From an uncultured Actinomycetota bacterium (GTDB taxonomy: Bacteria > Actinomycetota > Actinomycetes > CAVWCF01): a DNA stretch of 64,000 bases. Shown here piece by piece: positions 37,721 to 49,103 of the stretch; position 1 is the stretch's first letter; every line of letters starts with the position of its first letter. The stretch covers positions 192,866-256,865 of the forward strand of contig CAVOOM010000007.1 in the NCBI GenBank assembly GCA_963697565.1, in the 5' to 3' direction. The translations under genes and the position numbers were made by a program. The notes beneath the pieces were generated by a model. The model was not told the origin of the DNA, ran no database searches, and saw only the letters and a program-made list of their open reading frames with translations.

Positions 37721-38476
37721 TCACACTGACAGGGTGCCGCGGACGGCGCTCACCTTGGAGTGCGCCGGGTTGCCGTCGTACGGCTCGATCGAGACGTCGA
37801 CGACGGGGTAGTCGACCACGTCGAGGGTCTCGGGAAGGCGGAACGAGCCGCTCTCACCCTCGAGGACGCCCAGGCTCACCAGGCGGGTGCCGGTGGGGTC
37901 CAGCAGCCAGACCTCGAAGAAGCTGCCCGGCTGGGGGTCGAGCCCGGCCACCGACACCTCGAGGGTGCGGTCGGCGTCAGCCTGCACCAGGTCGGCCTGC
38001 CCGGAGGCCTCGGGGGTGTCGAGGGGGTCGAGCGCGGCCGAGGCGAGCGGCGGGGGAGGGGCGGCCGGCTGGTCGTCGCGGAGGGCCGCGATGGACCCCC
38101 CGAGTCCGGCGCCGACGACGACGAGCCCCGCTGCTCCCGCGGCCAGCGCGGCTCCGCGCCGCCAGCGCGGGCGCAGGGTGACGACGTTCGAACGCTCGGC
38201 AGCCGCTGGAACGGCCCCTTCGCGGGCTCCGACCTCAAGGTTGAGCTCGGCGACGATCCGGTCCCACACCTCGGGGGGCGGGGCCTGCGGCGCGTCGGCC
38301 GGCGAGGTGATCCTCGCGGTGGCGACCACTCCGCGGAGCTGGTCGAGCTCGCCTTGGCAGCGCACACACGAGGCCAGATGGGCCTCCTCGGACGACGAAA
38401 TCACTGGTTCGCCAAGGGCGCGCACCGAGAGGATCTCGGGGTCGAGGTGCGCGCTGGCGTCAGGCAACTGCTGCAC
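37721..38476 (-). CDS. Anti-sigma factor (zf-HC2 N-terminus, one TM, RskA-type extracytoplasmic domain)
   Basis: [12 protein letters not shown] (H-x3-C-x2-C); [22 protein letters not shown]; C-terminal [11 protein letters not shown]...[13 protein letters not shown]. Overlaps the sigma-gene stop by 17 nt. Confidence 0.8.
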   Translation of the reverse strand: MQQLPDASAHLDPEILSVRALGEPVISSSEEAHLASCVRCQGELDQLRGVVATARITSPADAPQAPPPEVWDRIVAELNLEVGAREGAVPAAAERSNVVTLRPRWRRGAALAAGAAGLVVVGAGLGGSIAALRDDQPAAPPPPLASAALDPLDTPEASGQADLVQADADRTLEVSVAGLDPQPGSFFEVWLLDPTGTRLVSLGVLEGESGSFRLPETLDVVDYPVVDVSIEPYDGNPAHSKVSAVRGTLSV

Positions 38477-39119
38477 CGTCCACCTCCAGGCGGGTGCGCA
38501 GCCGGTCCAGGCTGCGGCGAATGTGGCTCTTGACCGTGCCCAGCGGGAGGCTGAGCACGCTGGCGATCTGGGCGTGGGTCAGGTCTTGGTAGAACGCGAG
38601 CTCCATGATCCGACGCTGCGGCTCGCCCAGTCGGGCGAGCTCGTCGGCGATGAGCATGCGGTCGGCGATGCAGTCGGTGGAGTCGGACTCGATGGCGCCG
38701 GGATCGAGCGTCTCGGCGCTCTCGGCGGCCTCCACGGCGCGCAGCTCGCGCTGCCGCGCAGCCCACCGGTCGGCCACCTTGTGCTTGGCGATGCCGACCA
38801 ACCAGGAGGCGAGCGAGCCGGCGGACGGGTCGAATCGGGCCCGGCCCTGCCAGGCGCTCACGAAGACCGTCTGGGCGACCTCCTCGGCGTCCTGCCGGTC
38901 GCGCAGCGAGCGCAGGGCCACCGTGAAGACCAGCGGCGACCAGCGCTGGTAGGCCTCGGCGAGCGCGTGCTCATCCCCGCTGGCGAAGCCGGCGGCGATG
39001 TCCTCGTCGGTGAGGGTGATCACCCCACGCACGTTACCGGCCGGGCGCGGAATCTTCACCACTGCGGCGGGGAGCGCCGACGGGGCCGGAATCGGAGCCT
39101 GAAGGGTGCTGGTGCTCAT
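38460..39119 (-). CDS. ECF (group 4) sigma-70 family RNA polymerase sigma factor
   Basis: Region 2 ([26 protein letters not shown]) and region 4 HTH ([32 protein letters not shown]). 4-nt overlap with the sortase gene. Confidence 0.88.
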   Translation of the reverse strand: MSTSTLQAPIPAPSALPAAVVKIPRPAGNVRGVITLTDEDIAAGFASGDEHALAEAYQRWSPLVFTVALRSLRDRQDAEEVAQTVFVSAWQGRARFDPSAGSLASWLVGIAKHKVADRWAARQRELRAVEAAESAETLDPGAIESDSTDCIADRMLIADELARLGEPQRRIMELAFYQDLTHAQIASVLSLPLGTVKSHIRRSLDRLRTRLEVDGAAVA

Positions 39120-39826
39120 GCCCGCACCGCCGTCACGACGACGTTCTCCTGGTAGCCGCCCGCCGACCGGATGTAGGCGCCGCCGCAGGTGATCAGGGTG
39201 AGCCGCTCGGGGCCGTCGGACGAGAAGAGCTCACCGGTGGGCAGCACGCCCTTGTCGACGCTCTCGCGGCTGACGATCCGGTACTCCAGGCGGGAGCCGT
39301 CCTCGCGGACCACCGAGACGGGGTCGCCGACCTGGACGCCCTTGAGCGGGAACATCGCGCCGCGCCCTTGGGTCCGCGAGTCGACGTGGCCGACGATGAC
39401 GGACGAGCCGACCGGCCAGCCGGGGCGCACGCCGTACTCGTACCAGCCCACGGCCTTCGCGTCCTGGGGGACGTCGACCTGGCCGTCGGCCAGAACCCCG
39501 GTGGGGGCCACCGTGGCGTTGATCCGCACAGACGGGATGAGCAGCTGGGTGGGAAGCGGGGGGAGCGGCAGGTCGGGCTGGGGGGCGACCTCGACGCCGA
39601 TCCGGGGGACCTCGGGGCCGGCCACCTGGGGCGCGGCCGAGACGGGAGTGGGCACCTCGGTGGGCTCGGGGGTGGCGGGGGCAGCGGTGGGGGATGGCGT
39701 TGAGGCGGAGGGCCGGCTGCCGACCGACTCCTCGGGCTGGCTGAGCGCCCAGGCGGCGGGCACCGCCACCACGAGCGCCATCGAGCTGACGAGCAGGGCA
39801 ATCAGGCGGGGGCGGCGGTGGGACAT
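39116..39826 (-). CDS. Class F sortase
   Basis: N-terminal anchor [22 protein letters not shown]. Catalytic motifs VIVGHVD and LTLITCGG...Y. ATG 39826 is preceded by GAGGAAGG; the longer ORF reaches 39907. Confidence 0.8.
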   Translation of the reverse strand: MSHRRPRLIALLVSSMALVVAVPAAWALSQPEESVGSRPSASTPSPTAAPATPEPTEVPTPVSAAPQVAGPEVPRIGVEVAPQPDLPLPPLPTQLLIPSVRINATVAPTGVLADGQVDVPQDAKAVGWYEYGVRPGWPVGSSVIVGHVDSRTQGRGAMFPLKGVQVGDPVSVVREDGSRLEYRIVSRESVDKGVLPTGELFSSDGPERLTLITCGGAYIRSAGGYQENVVVTAVRA

Positions 39827-39978
39827 GGACGGGCCTTCCTCACGGTGGCGACCACCGCCCGGGGGCCGCGAGGCCGGCGGTGGTGCGAGCTTGGTGTCCA
39901 TGGTCACCCCCTTCGGTGCTGAGACGGGAAGCGACGCGCGGGGCCGGTGGAGTGCACCGGCCCCGCGCGTCCTGTGGG

Positions 39979-40802
39979 TCAGCCGCGGTCGGCGGCCAGG
40001 CGGCGGGTCGCAACGACCGCGCCGAGTGCGCCGGCGGCCATCAGGCCGAGGGCCCAGGCGGGGAACCCGCCGTTGTCGGCCAGGCCGGCCTCGCCCGCGG
40101 GCACGCCCGCCGGCATCTGCTTGACGTCCTGGGTCGCGACTGCGAAGGAGGACGGTGTGGCACCCAGGTTGCCCCAGGCGTAGACGATGGTCGTGGTGCC
40201 CGCCTTGACGGGGACGTCGGCCGGGGTCGGCGGCACGGGCGTGGTGGTGCCGGTCGCGGCGACGGCCGCGCTGTAGGTGGCGGCAGGCAGGTCGGCCAGA
40301 CTTCTCCTCGCCGTTGGCGAGCGGGGAGAGGGCGGCGACTTGCGCCGTTGGCCAGGATGTCGACGACCGGGGCCGCGGCGACGTGGCGGACGGTCAGGTT
40401 GCCCTGGCCCGACGGCGGACATCTTGGTGCTGTTGATGAAGGTCTTGATGCGGCGCCGGCTTGGCGTCGGCGGTGAGGTAGGCGGCCACGGTGGCGTTGG
40501 CGCCGGCCGGGACCTCCTGGTTGAGGGTCAGGATCGCGGCCGAGGCGCGGCGGGCCGTCGGCGGAGACCTGCAGCAGGTACGTCCCGGCGGGGACGGTCA
40601 CGGTCTTGAGCGTGCCGGGGGTGAAGTTGTCGATGAGCAGCGCGCCGTTGGCGTAGACGTCGACGACGTCAGCGCCGAGCCCGGCCGGGATGGCGTGGAG
40701 CACGGAGACGGTGGCGTCGGCGGCGCTGGCGGGGGCGGCGGCGAAGAGCAGCCCGCTGGTGGCGAGTGCGGCCGCGGAGCCCGCGGCGAGGGTCTTGCGC
40801 AT
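39979..40802 (-). pseudogene. DUF4397-domain secreted protein with a C-terminal cell-wall-sorting-like tail; 5 clustered frame breaks between about 40290 and 40560
   Basis: Signal MRKTLAAGSAAALATSGLLFAAAPASA. DUF4397-like VSVLHAIPAGLGADVVDVYANG...TVPAGTYLLQVSADG. Tail ...MPAGVPAGEAGLADNGGFPAWALGLMAAGALGAVVATRRLAADRG. The middle is readable only by frame hopping (ORFs 40041..40802- and 39979..40422- plus the third frame). AGGAGG RBS at 40808-40813. Confidence 0.65.
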
Positions 40803-40913
40803 TTGATCCTCCTGGAGTTCCGGTGCCGCCCCGAGTCGGTGGCGGTCATCCAGGTATTCCGCGGCTCAGCCGCGTTTGGATGCACAACTTCTGAACAAGT
40901 TTCTGAGAGTTCG

Positions 40914-41684
40914 TCAGTCCCACCGGAAGGTGCGCGCCGCCAGGCCGTACCCGACGGCCGACCAGGCCACCAGGACGGCCACCGCCTGCTCGTCCAGCCC
41001 GCCGCCACCCAGGGCCGAGCGCAGTCCCTCGGCGAGCGCCGCAGACGGCAGCAGCGCCAACGGGCCCTGCAGCCCGGCGGGGTAGTCGGACAGCGCGACC
41101 ACGATGCCGCCGCCCAGCACGAGCAGGAACCAGACCAGGTTGGCGGCCGCCAGGGTCGCCTCGGCCCGCAGGACCCCGGCCATGAGCATCCCCAGCCCGG
41201 CGAAGCACGCGCTGCCGAGCACCAGGGTGGCGAGGGTCGCCGGCCAGGAGACCGCGGGGCGCCAGCCGAGGGCGTACGCGGCCGCGCAGACCAGCGCGAT
41301 CTGGACGACCTGGAGCCCGACCACCGCCAGCGCCTTGCCGGCCAGCAGGCCGCCGCGGCCCAACGGCGTCGCGCCAAGCCGCTTGAGCACCCCGTAGCGG
41401 CGCTCGAACCCGGTGCCGATCGCCAGCCCGGTGAACGACGACGACATCACGGCGAGCGCCAGCACGCCGGGGGCCAGGGAGTCGATCCCGCCCTCGACGG
41501 TGAGCGGGCCGCGGGCCAACGCCACCATCAGGACCAGCGGGATCACCAGCGAGAGCAGCAGCTGCTCGCCGTTGCGCAGCGTGATCCGCAGCTCCAGGCC
41601 GGCCTGGGCCAGGACCCGGCGGAGCGCGGGCGCCGCGGCCGGCGACGGGGCGTAGGGGGAGGCCATGGCCGCATCCGGGGTCAT
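40914..41684 (-). CDS. ABC-2 type transporter permease
   Basis: ATG 41684 (MTPDAAMASPYAPS...) inside ORF 40914..42122-. Six predicted TM segments; 4-nt overlap with the upstream ATPase gene. Confidence 0.8.
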   Translation of the reverse strand: MTPDAAMASPYAPSPAAAPALRRVLAQAGLELRITLRNGEQLLLSLVIPLVLMVALARGPLTVEGGIDSLAPGVLALAVMSSSFTGLAIGTGFERRYGVLKRLGATPLGRGGLLAGKALAVVGLQVVQIALVCAAAYALGWRPAVSWPATLATLVLGSACFAGLGMLMAGVLRAEATLAAANLVWFLLVLGGGIVVALSDYPAGLQGPLALLPSAALAEGLRSALGGGGLDEQAVAVLVAWSAVGYGLAARTFRWD

Positions 41685-42606
41685 CGCAGCCGCCTGCCGG
41701 TGAGGTCCAGGAAGACGTCCTCGAGCGAGCGCCGGCCCACCGCGAGGCCCTCGGGCATGACGCCCTTCGACGCGCACCACGCGGTGACCGTCGCCAGCGC
41801 CTGCGGGCTGACGTCGCCGGCGACGAGATAGCGGCCGGCCTGCTCCTCGACCACCGACACATCCAGGGGGAGCGCCTGGGCGAGCGCGGCCAGGTCCATG
41901 CCCGCGGGCGCCCGGAACCGGATCCCGCCGCCCGGGCCGGCGTCGGCCATGAGCGCCTCGGGGGAACCCTCGGCCACCACGCGCCCCTCGTCGACGATCA
42001 CCACGTGGTCGGCGAGGCGCTCGGCCTCGTCCATCAGGTGGGTGGTGAGCACGACGGAGACGCCGGCGCCCCGGATCTCGTCCACCAGCTCCCAGGTCGG
42101 CATGCCGCGCCTGCGGGTCCATGCCCGCCGTCGGCTCGTCCAGGAAGACCAGCTCAGGTCGGCCGACCAGGGCGCAGCGCCAGCGAGAGCCGCTGCTGCA
42201 TACCGCCCGAGAGCCGCCGGTACGGGGTGCGCGCGTAGGCCGTCAGGCCGAGGCGGTCGGCGAGCGGGCCGATCTCCAGCGGATGCGCGTAGAGCGCGGC
42301 GACGTGGCGGAGCATCTCAAGGGGTCGGGCCGAGGGGTAGACCCCGCCCGCCTGCAGCATGACCCCGACCCGCGGGCGCAGCTCGGCCCCCGCGCGCTCC
42401 GGGTCGAGGCCGAGCACCCGGACCTGGCCCGAGTCCCGCTTGCGGTAGCCCTCGCAGATCTCCAGCGTGGTCGTCTTGCCCGCGCCGTTGGGCCCCAGCA
42501 CCGCGGTCACGGCGGCCCGCTCGGCCCGAAACGTCAGCCCCGCGACGGCCGCCACCGGGCCGTACGACTTGGCGAGGTCCGTGACCTCGACCGCGGGGGG
42601 CTGCAC
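41681..42606 (-). pseudogene. ABC transporter ATP-binding protein (partner of the ABC-2 permease); two frame breaks near 42174 and 42105
   Basis: Walker A GPNGAGKTT and signature LSGGMQQRLSLA in ORF 42154..42606-. ELVFLDEPTAGMDPQAR in a second frame. TWELVDEIRGAGVSVVLTTHLMDEAE in ORF 41681..42103-. Confidence 0.85.
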
Positions 42607-42657
42607 GCCGCGGGAGTCTAGGCGGCGACGAGGATTGGCCCGAACCGGGGAATTACG

Positions 42658-42674
42658 TCACACTGTCGTTGTGA
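42658..42674. promoter_or_regulatory. Candidate SufR operator: TCACA-N7-TGTGA palindrome, which also reads ACACT-N5-TGTGA, overlapping the proposed sufR start
   Basis: Read directly in the 64-bp divergent intergenic region. The motif matches my recollection of the M. tuberculosis SufR site (to be verified). Confidence 0.4.
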
Positions 42675-43375
42675 AAATCGCCGGGGCTGCCCACGAGGCC
42701 CGCGGGGCCGAGGCCGGCACCCGCGAGCGGGTGGTCGCGTCCCTGCTGGGCGACGGCCCGGCCACCGCCGCGACCCTCGCCGAGCGCCTTGAGCTCACCC
42801 CGGCGGCCGTGCGCCGCCACCTCGACGCGCTGCGGTCCGAGGGGCTGGTCGAGTCGCGGGAGCGCCCGCCGTACGGCCTGGCCGCCGAGCGCGGCCGCGG
42901 CCGGCCCGCGCGGTACTTCGCCCTCACCGACGCCGGCCGCCGCTCGTTCCCGCAGGCCTACGACGATCTGGCCGCGGCGGCCTTGCGCCAGCTGGCCGAG
43001 GTAGGCGGCGAGGGCGCCGTCACCGAGTTCGCCCGCCGCCGCGCCGCCGCGCTGGTCGCTCGGCACGCCGCCGAGGTCACCAGCGCAGCCGACCCGGCCG
43101 AGGCACTGGCCGCGGCCCTCACCACCGAGGGCTTCCTGGCCTCGGCCGAGGCCAGCGCGGGCGGCGCCCAGGTCTGCCAGCACCACTGCCCGGTGGCGCT
43201 CGTGGCCGCCGAGTTCCCGCAGCTGTGCGAGGCCGAGACCGAGGCCTTCGCCGAGCTGCTCGGCACCCACGTGCAACGGCTGGCCACGATCGCGCACGGC
43301 GACCACGTCTGCACCACGCACATCCCACGGCACATCCCGAGCACCCTCCCTCGCCCCGAGAGGACCCCCGCATGA
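42671..43375 (+). CDS. sufR: Helix-turn-helix transcriptional regulator SufR
   Basis: Winged [30 protein letters not shown] plus Cys ligands (CQHHCPV...CEAE...C). Immediately upstream of sufB with a 4-nt overlap. The start is uncertain. Confidence 0.8.
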   Translation: MKIAGAAHEARGAEAGTRERVVASLLGDGPATAATLAERLELTPAAVRRHLDALRSEGLVESRERPPYGLAAERGRGRPARYFALTDAGRRSFPQAYDDLAAAALRQLAEVGGEGAVTEFARRRAAALVARHAAEVTSAADPAEALAAALTTEGFLASAEASAGGAQVCQHHCPVALVAAEFPQLCEAETEAFAELLGTHVQRLATIAHGDHVCTTHIPRHIPSTLPRPERTPA

Positions 43376-44784
43376 GCACCACCGCGCACCCCGAGCTCGA
43401 CGGGCTCGGCCGCTATGAGTACGGCTGGAGCGACTCCGACGCCGCCGGCGCCTCAGCCCGCCGCGGGCTGTCCGAGGAGGTCGTCCGCGACATCTCGGCG
43501 CGCAAGAACGAGCCGCAGTGGATGCTCGACCTGCGGCTCAAGGGCCTGCGGCTGTTCGGCAAGAAGCCGATGCCCACCTGGGGCTCCGACCTCGGCGGCA
43601 TCGACTTCGACACGATCAAGTACTTCGTGAAGTCCACCGAGAAGCAGGCCGAGTCGTGGGAAGACCTGCCCGAGGACATCAAGAACACCTACGACCGCCT
43701 CGGCATCCCCGAGGCCGAGAAGCAGCGCCTCGTGGCCGGCGTGGCCGCCCAGTACGAAACCGAGGTGGTTTACCACAAGATCCGCGAGGACCTCGAGGAG
43801 CTCGGCGTCGTCTTCCTCGACACCGACACCGCGCTGCGCGAGCACGAGGACGTCTTCAAGGAGTACTTCGGCACGGTGATCCCGGTCGGGGACAACAAGT
43901 TCGCCGCGCTCAACACCGCGGTCTGGTCGGGCGGCTCGTTCATCTACGTGCCCAAGGGCGTCAAGGTCGAGATCCCGCTGCAGGCGTACTTCCGGATCAA
44001 CACCGAGAACATGGGGCAGTTCGAGCGGACGCTGATCATCGCCGACGAGGACTCCTACGTGCACTACGTCGAGGGCTGCACCGCTCCGATCTACAAGTCC
44101 GACTCACTGCACTCCGCGGTCGTCGAGATCATCGTGAAGAAGGGCGCCCGCGTGCGCTACACGACGATCCAGAACTGGTCCAACAACGTCTACAACCTCG
44201 TCACCAAGCGGGCCGTGGCCCACGAGGGCGCGACGATGGAGTGGGTCGACGGCAACATCGGCTCCAAGGTGACGATGAAGTACCCCGCGATCTTCCTGAT
44301 GGGCCCGCACGCCAAGGGCGAGACGCTCTCGGTCGCCTTCGCCGGCGAGGGCCAGCACCAGGACGCCGGGGCCAAGATGGTGCACTGCGCGCCGCACACC
44401 TCCTCAAGCATCGTGTCCAAGTCGGTGGCCCGGGGCGGCGGCCGCACCTCCTACCGCGGGCTCGTGCAGATCCAGGAGGGCGCGTACGGCTCCAAGAGCA
44501 CCGTGCGCTGCGACGCCCTGCTCGTCGACACGATCAGCCGTTCGGACACCTACCCGTACGTCGACGTGCGCGAGGACGACGTGTCGATGGGCCACGAGGC
44601 CACCGTCTCCAAGGTGAGCGAGGACCAGCTCTTCTACCTGATGAGCCGCGGGATGACCGAGGAGGAGGCCATGGCGATGATCGTGCGCGGCTTCGTCGAG
44701 CCGATCGCCCGCGAGCTGCCCATGGAGTACGCCTTGGAGCTGAACCGGCTGATCGAGCTGCAGATGGAAGGGGCCGTCGGCTGA
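43372..44784 (+). CDS. sufB: Fe-S cluster assembly scaffold SufB
   Basis: Highly conserved 470 aa ([44 protein letters not shown]). Confidence 0.97.
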   Translation: MSTTAHPELDGLGRYEYGWSDSDAAGASARRGLSEEVVRDISARKNEPQWMLDLRLKGLRLFGKKPMPTWGSDLGGIDFDTIKYFVKSTEKQAESWEDLPEDIKNTYDRLGIPEAEKQRLVAGVAAQYETEVVYHKIREDLEELGVVFLDTDTALREHEDVFKEYFGTVIPVGDNKFAALNTAVWSGGSFIYVPKGVKVEIPLQAYFRINTENMGQFERTLIIADEDSYVHYVEGCTAPIYKSDSLHSAVVEIIVKKGARVRYTTIQNWSNNVYNLVTKRAVAHEGATMEWVDGNIGSKVTMKYPAIFLMGPHAKGETLSVAFAGEGQHQDAGAKMVHCAPHTSSSIVSKSVARGGGRTSYRGLVQIQEGAYGSKSTVRCDALLVDTISRSDTYPYVDVREDDVSMGHEATVSKVSEDQLFYLMSRGMTEEEAMAMIVRGFVEPIARELPMEYALELNRLIELQMEGAVG

Positions 44785-45912
44785 TGGGCGTCACCCACCA
44801 CGTGGACGCCCGCTCGGCGCGGGTCACGTCCTACGCATCCGCCGACTTCGCGGTTCCCTCGGGCCGCGAGGAGGAGTGGCGCTTCACCCCCCTCGACCGG
44901 CTGCGCGGGCTCCTCGACACCGCCGACGCGCGCGGCTCGGTCGACACCGCCGTCGACGCGCCCCCGGACGTCCGGGTCGAGCGCCTGCCTCGCGGCGACG
45001 AGCGGCTGGGCCGCTCGGGGCCGCCCGCAGACCGCGCCGCCGCCCTGGCCTGGGAGTCGTTCGCCGAGGCGCTCGTCGTGACGGTGCCCCGCGAGTCGGT
45101 GGCCGGCCGCCCGATCACCGTCACCACCACCGGTCGCGGCCTGCAGCCCGCCAGCGCGCACACCCTGATCGAGGTGCAGCCGTTCGGCGAGGCCGTCGTC
45201 GTCCTGGAGCACCGCGGCGAAGCCGTGCTCGCCGAGACCGTCGAGGTCCTGGTCGGCGACCACGCCCAGGCCACCGTGATCTCCCTGCAGGAGTGGTCGC
45301 CCGCCGCGGTCCACCTCGCCCACCACCGGATCCGGCTCGGCCGAGACGCCCGGGTGCGCCACATCGTGGTGAGCCTCGGCGGCGACGTGGTGCGGATCGC
45401 CCCCACGGTCGAGTACGACGCCCCCGGCGGCGACGCCGAGCTGATCGGCGCCTACTTCGCCGACGCGGGCCAGCACCTCGAGCACCGGCTGTTCGTCGAC
45501 CACTCGATCCCGCACTGCCGCAGCAACGTGGTCTACAAGGGCGCGCTGCAGGGCGAGGGCGCCCACACCATCTGGATCGGCGACGTGCTGATCCGCGCCG
45601 CGGCCGAGGGCACCGACACCTACGAGATCAACCGCAACCTGGTGCTCACCGACGGGGCCCGCGCCGACTCGGTGCCCAACCTGGAGATCGAGACCGGCGA
45701 GATCGCCGGGGCCGGCCACGCCAGCGCCACCGGCCGCTTCGACGATGAGCAGCTGTTCTACCTGCAGTCGCGTGGGATCACCGAGGACGACGCCCGCCGG
45801 CTGGTGGTGCGCGGCTTCTTCGCCGACCTGATCGGCCGCATCGGCATCGCCGACGCTCGAGGAGCGGCTGATGGCCGCCGTCGAGGCCGAGCTCGAGGCG
45901 GTGGTCCAGTGA
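44784..45912 (+). pseudogene. sufD: Fe-S cluster assembly protein SufD; one +1 frame break near 45855 that fuses it to the next gene in the ORF track
   Basis: The ATG overlaps the sufB stop. It reads ...GRFDDEQLFYLQSRGITEDDARRLVVRGFFADLIGRIGI. After the shift it reads LEERLMAAVEAELEAVVQ, with stop at 45910-45912. Confidence 0.9.
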
Positions 45913-46241
45913 GCGACACCACCTCCGCCACCCGGGTCTGCGCGCTCGCCGAGCTCGCGGTCGACCAGCCGCACCGGGTCGTGGTCGGCGGGCGTGCCGT
46001 CTGCCTGGTGCGCACCGCGGAGACCGAGGTGCACGCCGTCGACGACACCTGCACCCACGCAGATGTGAGCCTGGCCGAGGGCGAGGTCGAGGGCCGCACC
46101 ATCGAGTGCTGGCTGCACGGCTCGCGCTTCGACCTGGTGACCGGTGAGCCCACCGGACTGCCGGCCACCCGGCCGGTCGCAGTCCACGATGTGACGATCG
46201 ACGACAGCGGCGACGTGCTCGTCGCCGTGAAGGAGAAGTGA
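45909..46241 (+). CDS. Rieske-type (2Fe-2S) ferredoxin subunit embedded in the suf operon
   Basis: The GTG at 45909 overlaps the sufD stop (GTGA). CTHADVSL...CWLHGSRF is a CxH...CxxH motif; 110 aa. Confidence 0.85.
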   Translation: MSDTTSATRVCALAELAVDQPHRVVVGGRAVCLVRTAETEVHAVDDTCTHADVSLAEGEVEGRTIECWLHGSRFDLVTGEPTGLPATRPVAVHDVTIDDSGDVLVAVKEK

Positions 46242-47010
46242 GTCCCCCCATGGCAGTCCTCGAGATCCGCGACCTGCACGTGACGGTCGAGACCGACGCC
46301 GGGCCGCAGGAGATCCTCCGCGGCGTCGACCTGACCGTCCGGGCGGGGGAGACCCACGCGATCATGGGCCCGAACGGCTCCGGCAAGTCCACGCTCGCCT
46401 ACTCGGTGGCCGGCCACCCGAAGTACACGATCACCCGGGGCTCGGTCACCCTCGACGGCCAGGACGTGCTGGCGATGAGCGTCGACGAGCGCGCCCGCGC
46501 CGGGCTCTTCCTGGCGATGCAATACCCCGTCGAGGTGGCGGGCGTCTCGGTCTCCAACTTCCTGCGCACCGCCGCGACCGCCGTGCGCGGCGAGGCCCCG
46601 AAGCTCCGGCTGTGGGTCAAGGAGGTCAAGGAGGCGATGGCGCGGCTGTCGATGGACCCCTCCTTCGCCGAGCGCAACGTGAACGAGGGCTTCTCCGGGG
46701 GCGAGAAGAAGCGCCACGAGATCCTGCAGCTCGAGCTGCTCCAGCCGAAGATCGCCATCCTCGACGAGACCGACTCGGGCCTCGACGTGGACGCGCTGAA
46801 GGTGGTCTCCGAGGGGGTCAACCGGGTCCGCGCCACCGGCGAGGTCGGCACCCTGCTGATCACCCACTACACCCGGATCCTGCGCTACATCCAGCCCGAC
46901 TTCGTCCACGTCTTCGTCGACGGCCGGATCGTCGAGGAGGGTGGCCCCGAGCTCGCCGACCGGCTTGAGGCCGAGGGCTACGAGCGCTACGTCAAGGCGG
47001 CGGCTGAGGC

Positions 47011-47014
<4 letters not shown>
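46238..47014 (+). CDS. sufC: Fe-S cluster assembly ATPase SufC
   Basis: Intact 258 aa; GPNGSGKST, FSGGEKKRHEILQL, ILDETDSGLD. Confidence 0.96.
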
Positions 47015-48302
<1,288 letters not shown>

Positions 48303-48306
<4 letters not shown>

Positions 48307-48770
48307 TGCAGTTGGAGTCGATGTACCAGGAGATCATCCTGGATCACTACCGGCACCCGCACGGGCGCGGGCTGCGCGAGCCGTACGACGCCGAGGTGCA
48401 CCACGTGAACCCCACCTGCGGCGACGAGGTGACCCTGCGCGTGCGGCTCTCGGACGGCGTCGTCGCCGAGGTCTCCCACGACGGCCAGGGCTGCTCGATC
48501 AGCCAGGCGAGCACCTCGGTGATGGTCGACCTCGTCAGCGGCCGCACGCTGACCGAGGCGCTCGCCGCGGGGGAGGAGTTCCTGCGGCTCATGCAGGGCA
48601 AGGGCGCGTACGTGCCCGACGAGGACGTGCTGGAGGATGCCGTGGCGTTCTCCGGCGTGGCGAAGTACCCGGCGCGCGTCAAGTGCGCGCTGCTGGGTTG
48701 GATGGCCTTCAAAGACGCGGCGGCCCGGGCCGTCGCCGACGCACCGATCGGGGAGAAGTCCGATGGCTGA
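48303..48770 (+). CDS. sufU: SUF-system NifU-family Fe-S scaffold SufU
   Basis: 155 aa; NPTCGDEV, GQGCSISQAS, RVKCALL Cys ligands. The ATG at 48306 is an alternative start. Confidence 0.92.
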
Positions 48771-49077
48771 CACCGTGACCACCGAGGACCTCGAGGAGGC
48801 CATGCGCGACGTGGTCGACCCCGAGCTGGGGATCAACGTCGTGGATCTGGGCCTCGTCTACGGCATCACCCACCACGACCGCTCGATCGTGATCGACATG
48901 ACCCTCACGAGCGCCGCGTGCCCGCTCACCGATGTGATCGAGGACCAGACCCATGTGGCCCTGCGCGACTACGCCGACGACATCCGGATCAACTGGGTGT
49001 GGATGCCGCCGTGGGGCCCGGACAAGATCACCGACGAGGGCCGCGAACAGCTGCGGGCCTTGGGCTTCAACGTCTGA
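48763..49077 (+). CDS. sufT: Metal-sulfur cluster assembly factor (DUF59/SufT-like)
   Basis: MADTVTTEDLEEAMRDVVDPELGINVVDLGLVY...TLTSAACPL; last gene of the suf operon. Confidence 0.85.
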   Translation: MADTVTTEDLEEAMRDVVDPELGINVVDLGLVYGITHHDRSIVIDMTLTSAACPLTDVIEDQTHVALRDYADDIRINWVWMPPWGPDKITDEGREQLRALGFNV

Positions 49078-49093
49078 GGGCTTCAACGTCTGA
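49062..49093 (+). repeat. Perfect 16-bp tandem duplication GGGCTTCAACGTCTGA x2 covering the sufT stop codon
   Basis: Read directly: 49062-49077 and 49078-49093. Confidence 0.9.
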
Positions 49094-49103
49094 GCGCACA
49101 GGC

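Noticed and set aside
43518-46241. A 907-aa ORF that looks like a giant fusion protein across sufB, sufD and the Rieske gene.
   Set aside because: Its first third is the wrong frame of sufB. The sufD-Rieske junction is created by a single +1 frame break near 45855. With that corrected, sufD stops at 45912 and the Rieske gene starts at 45909.
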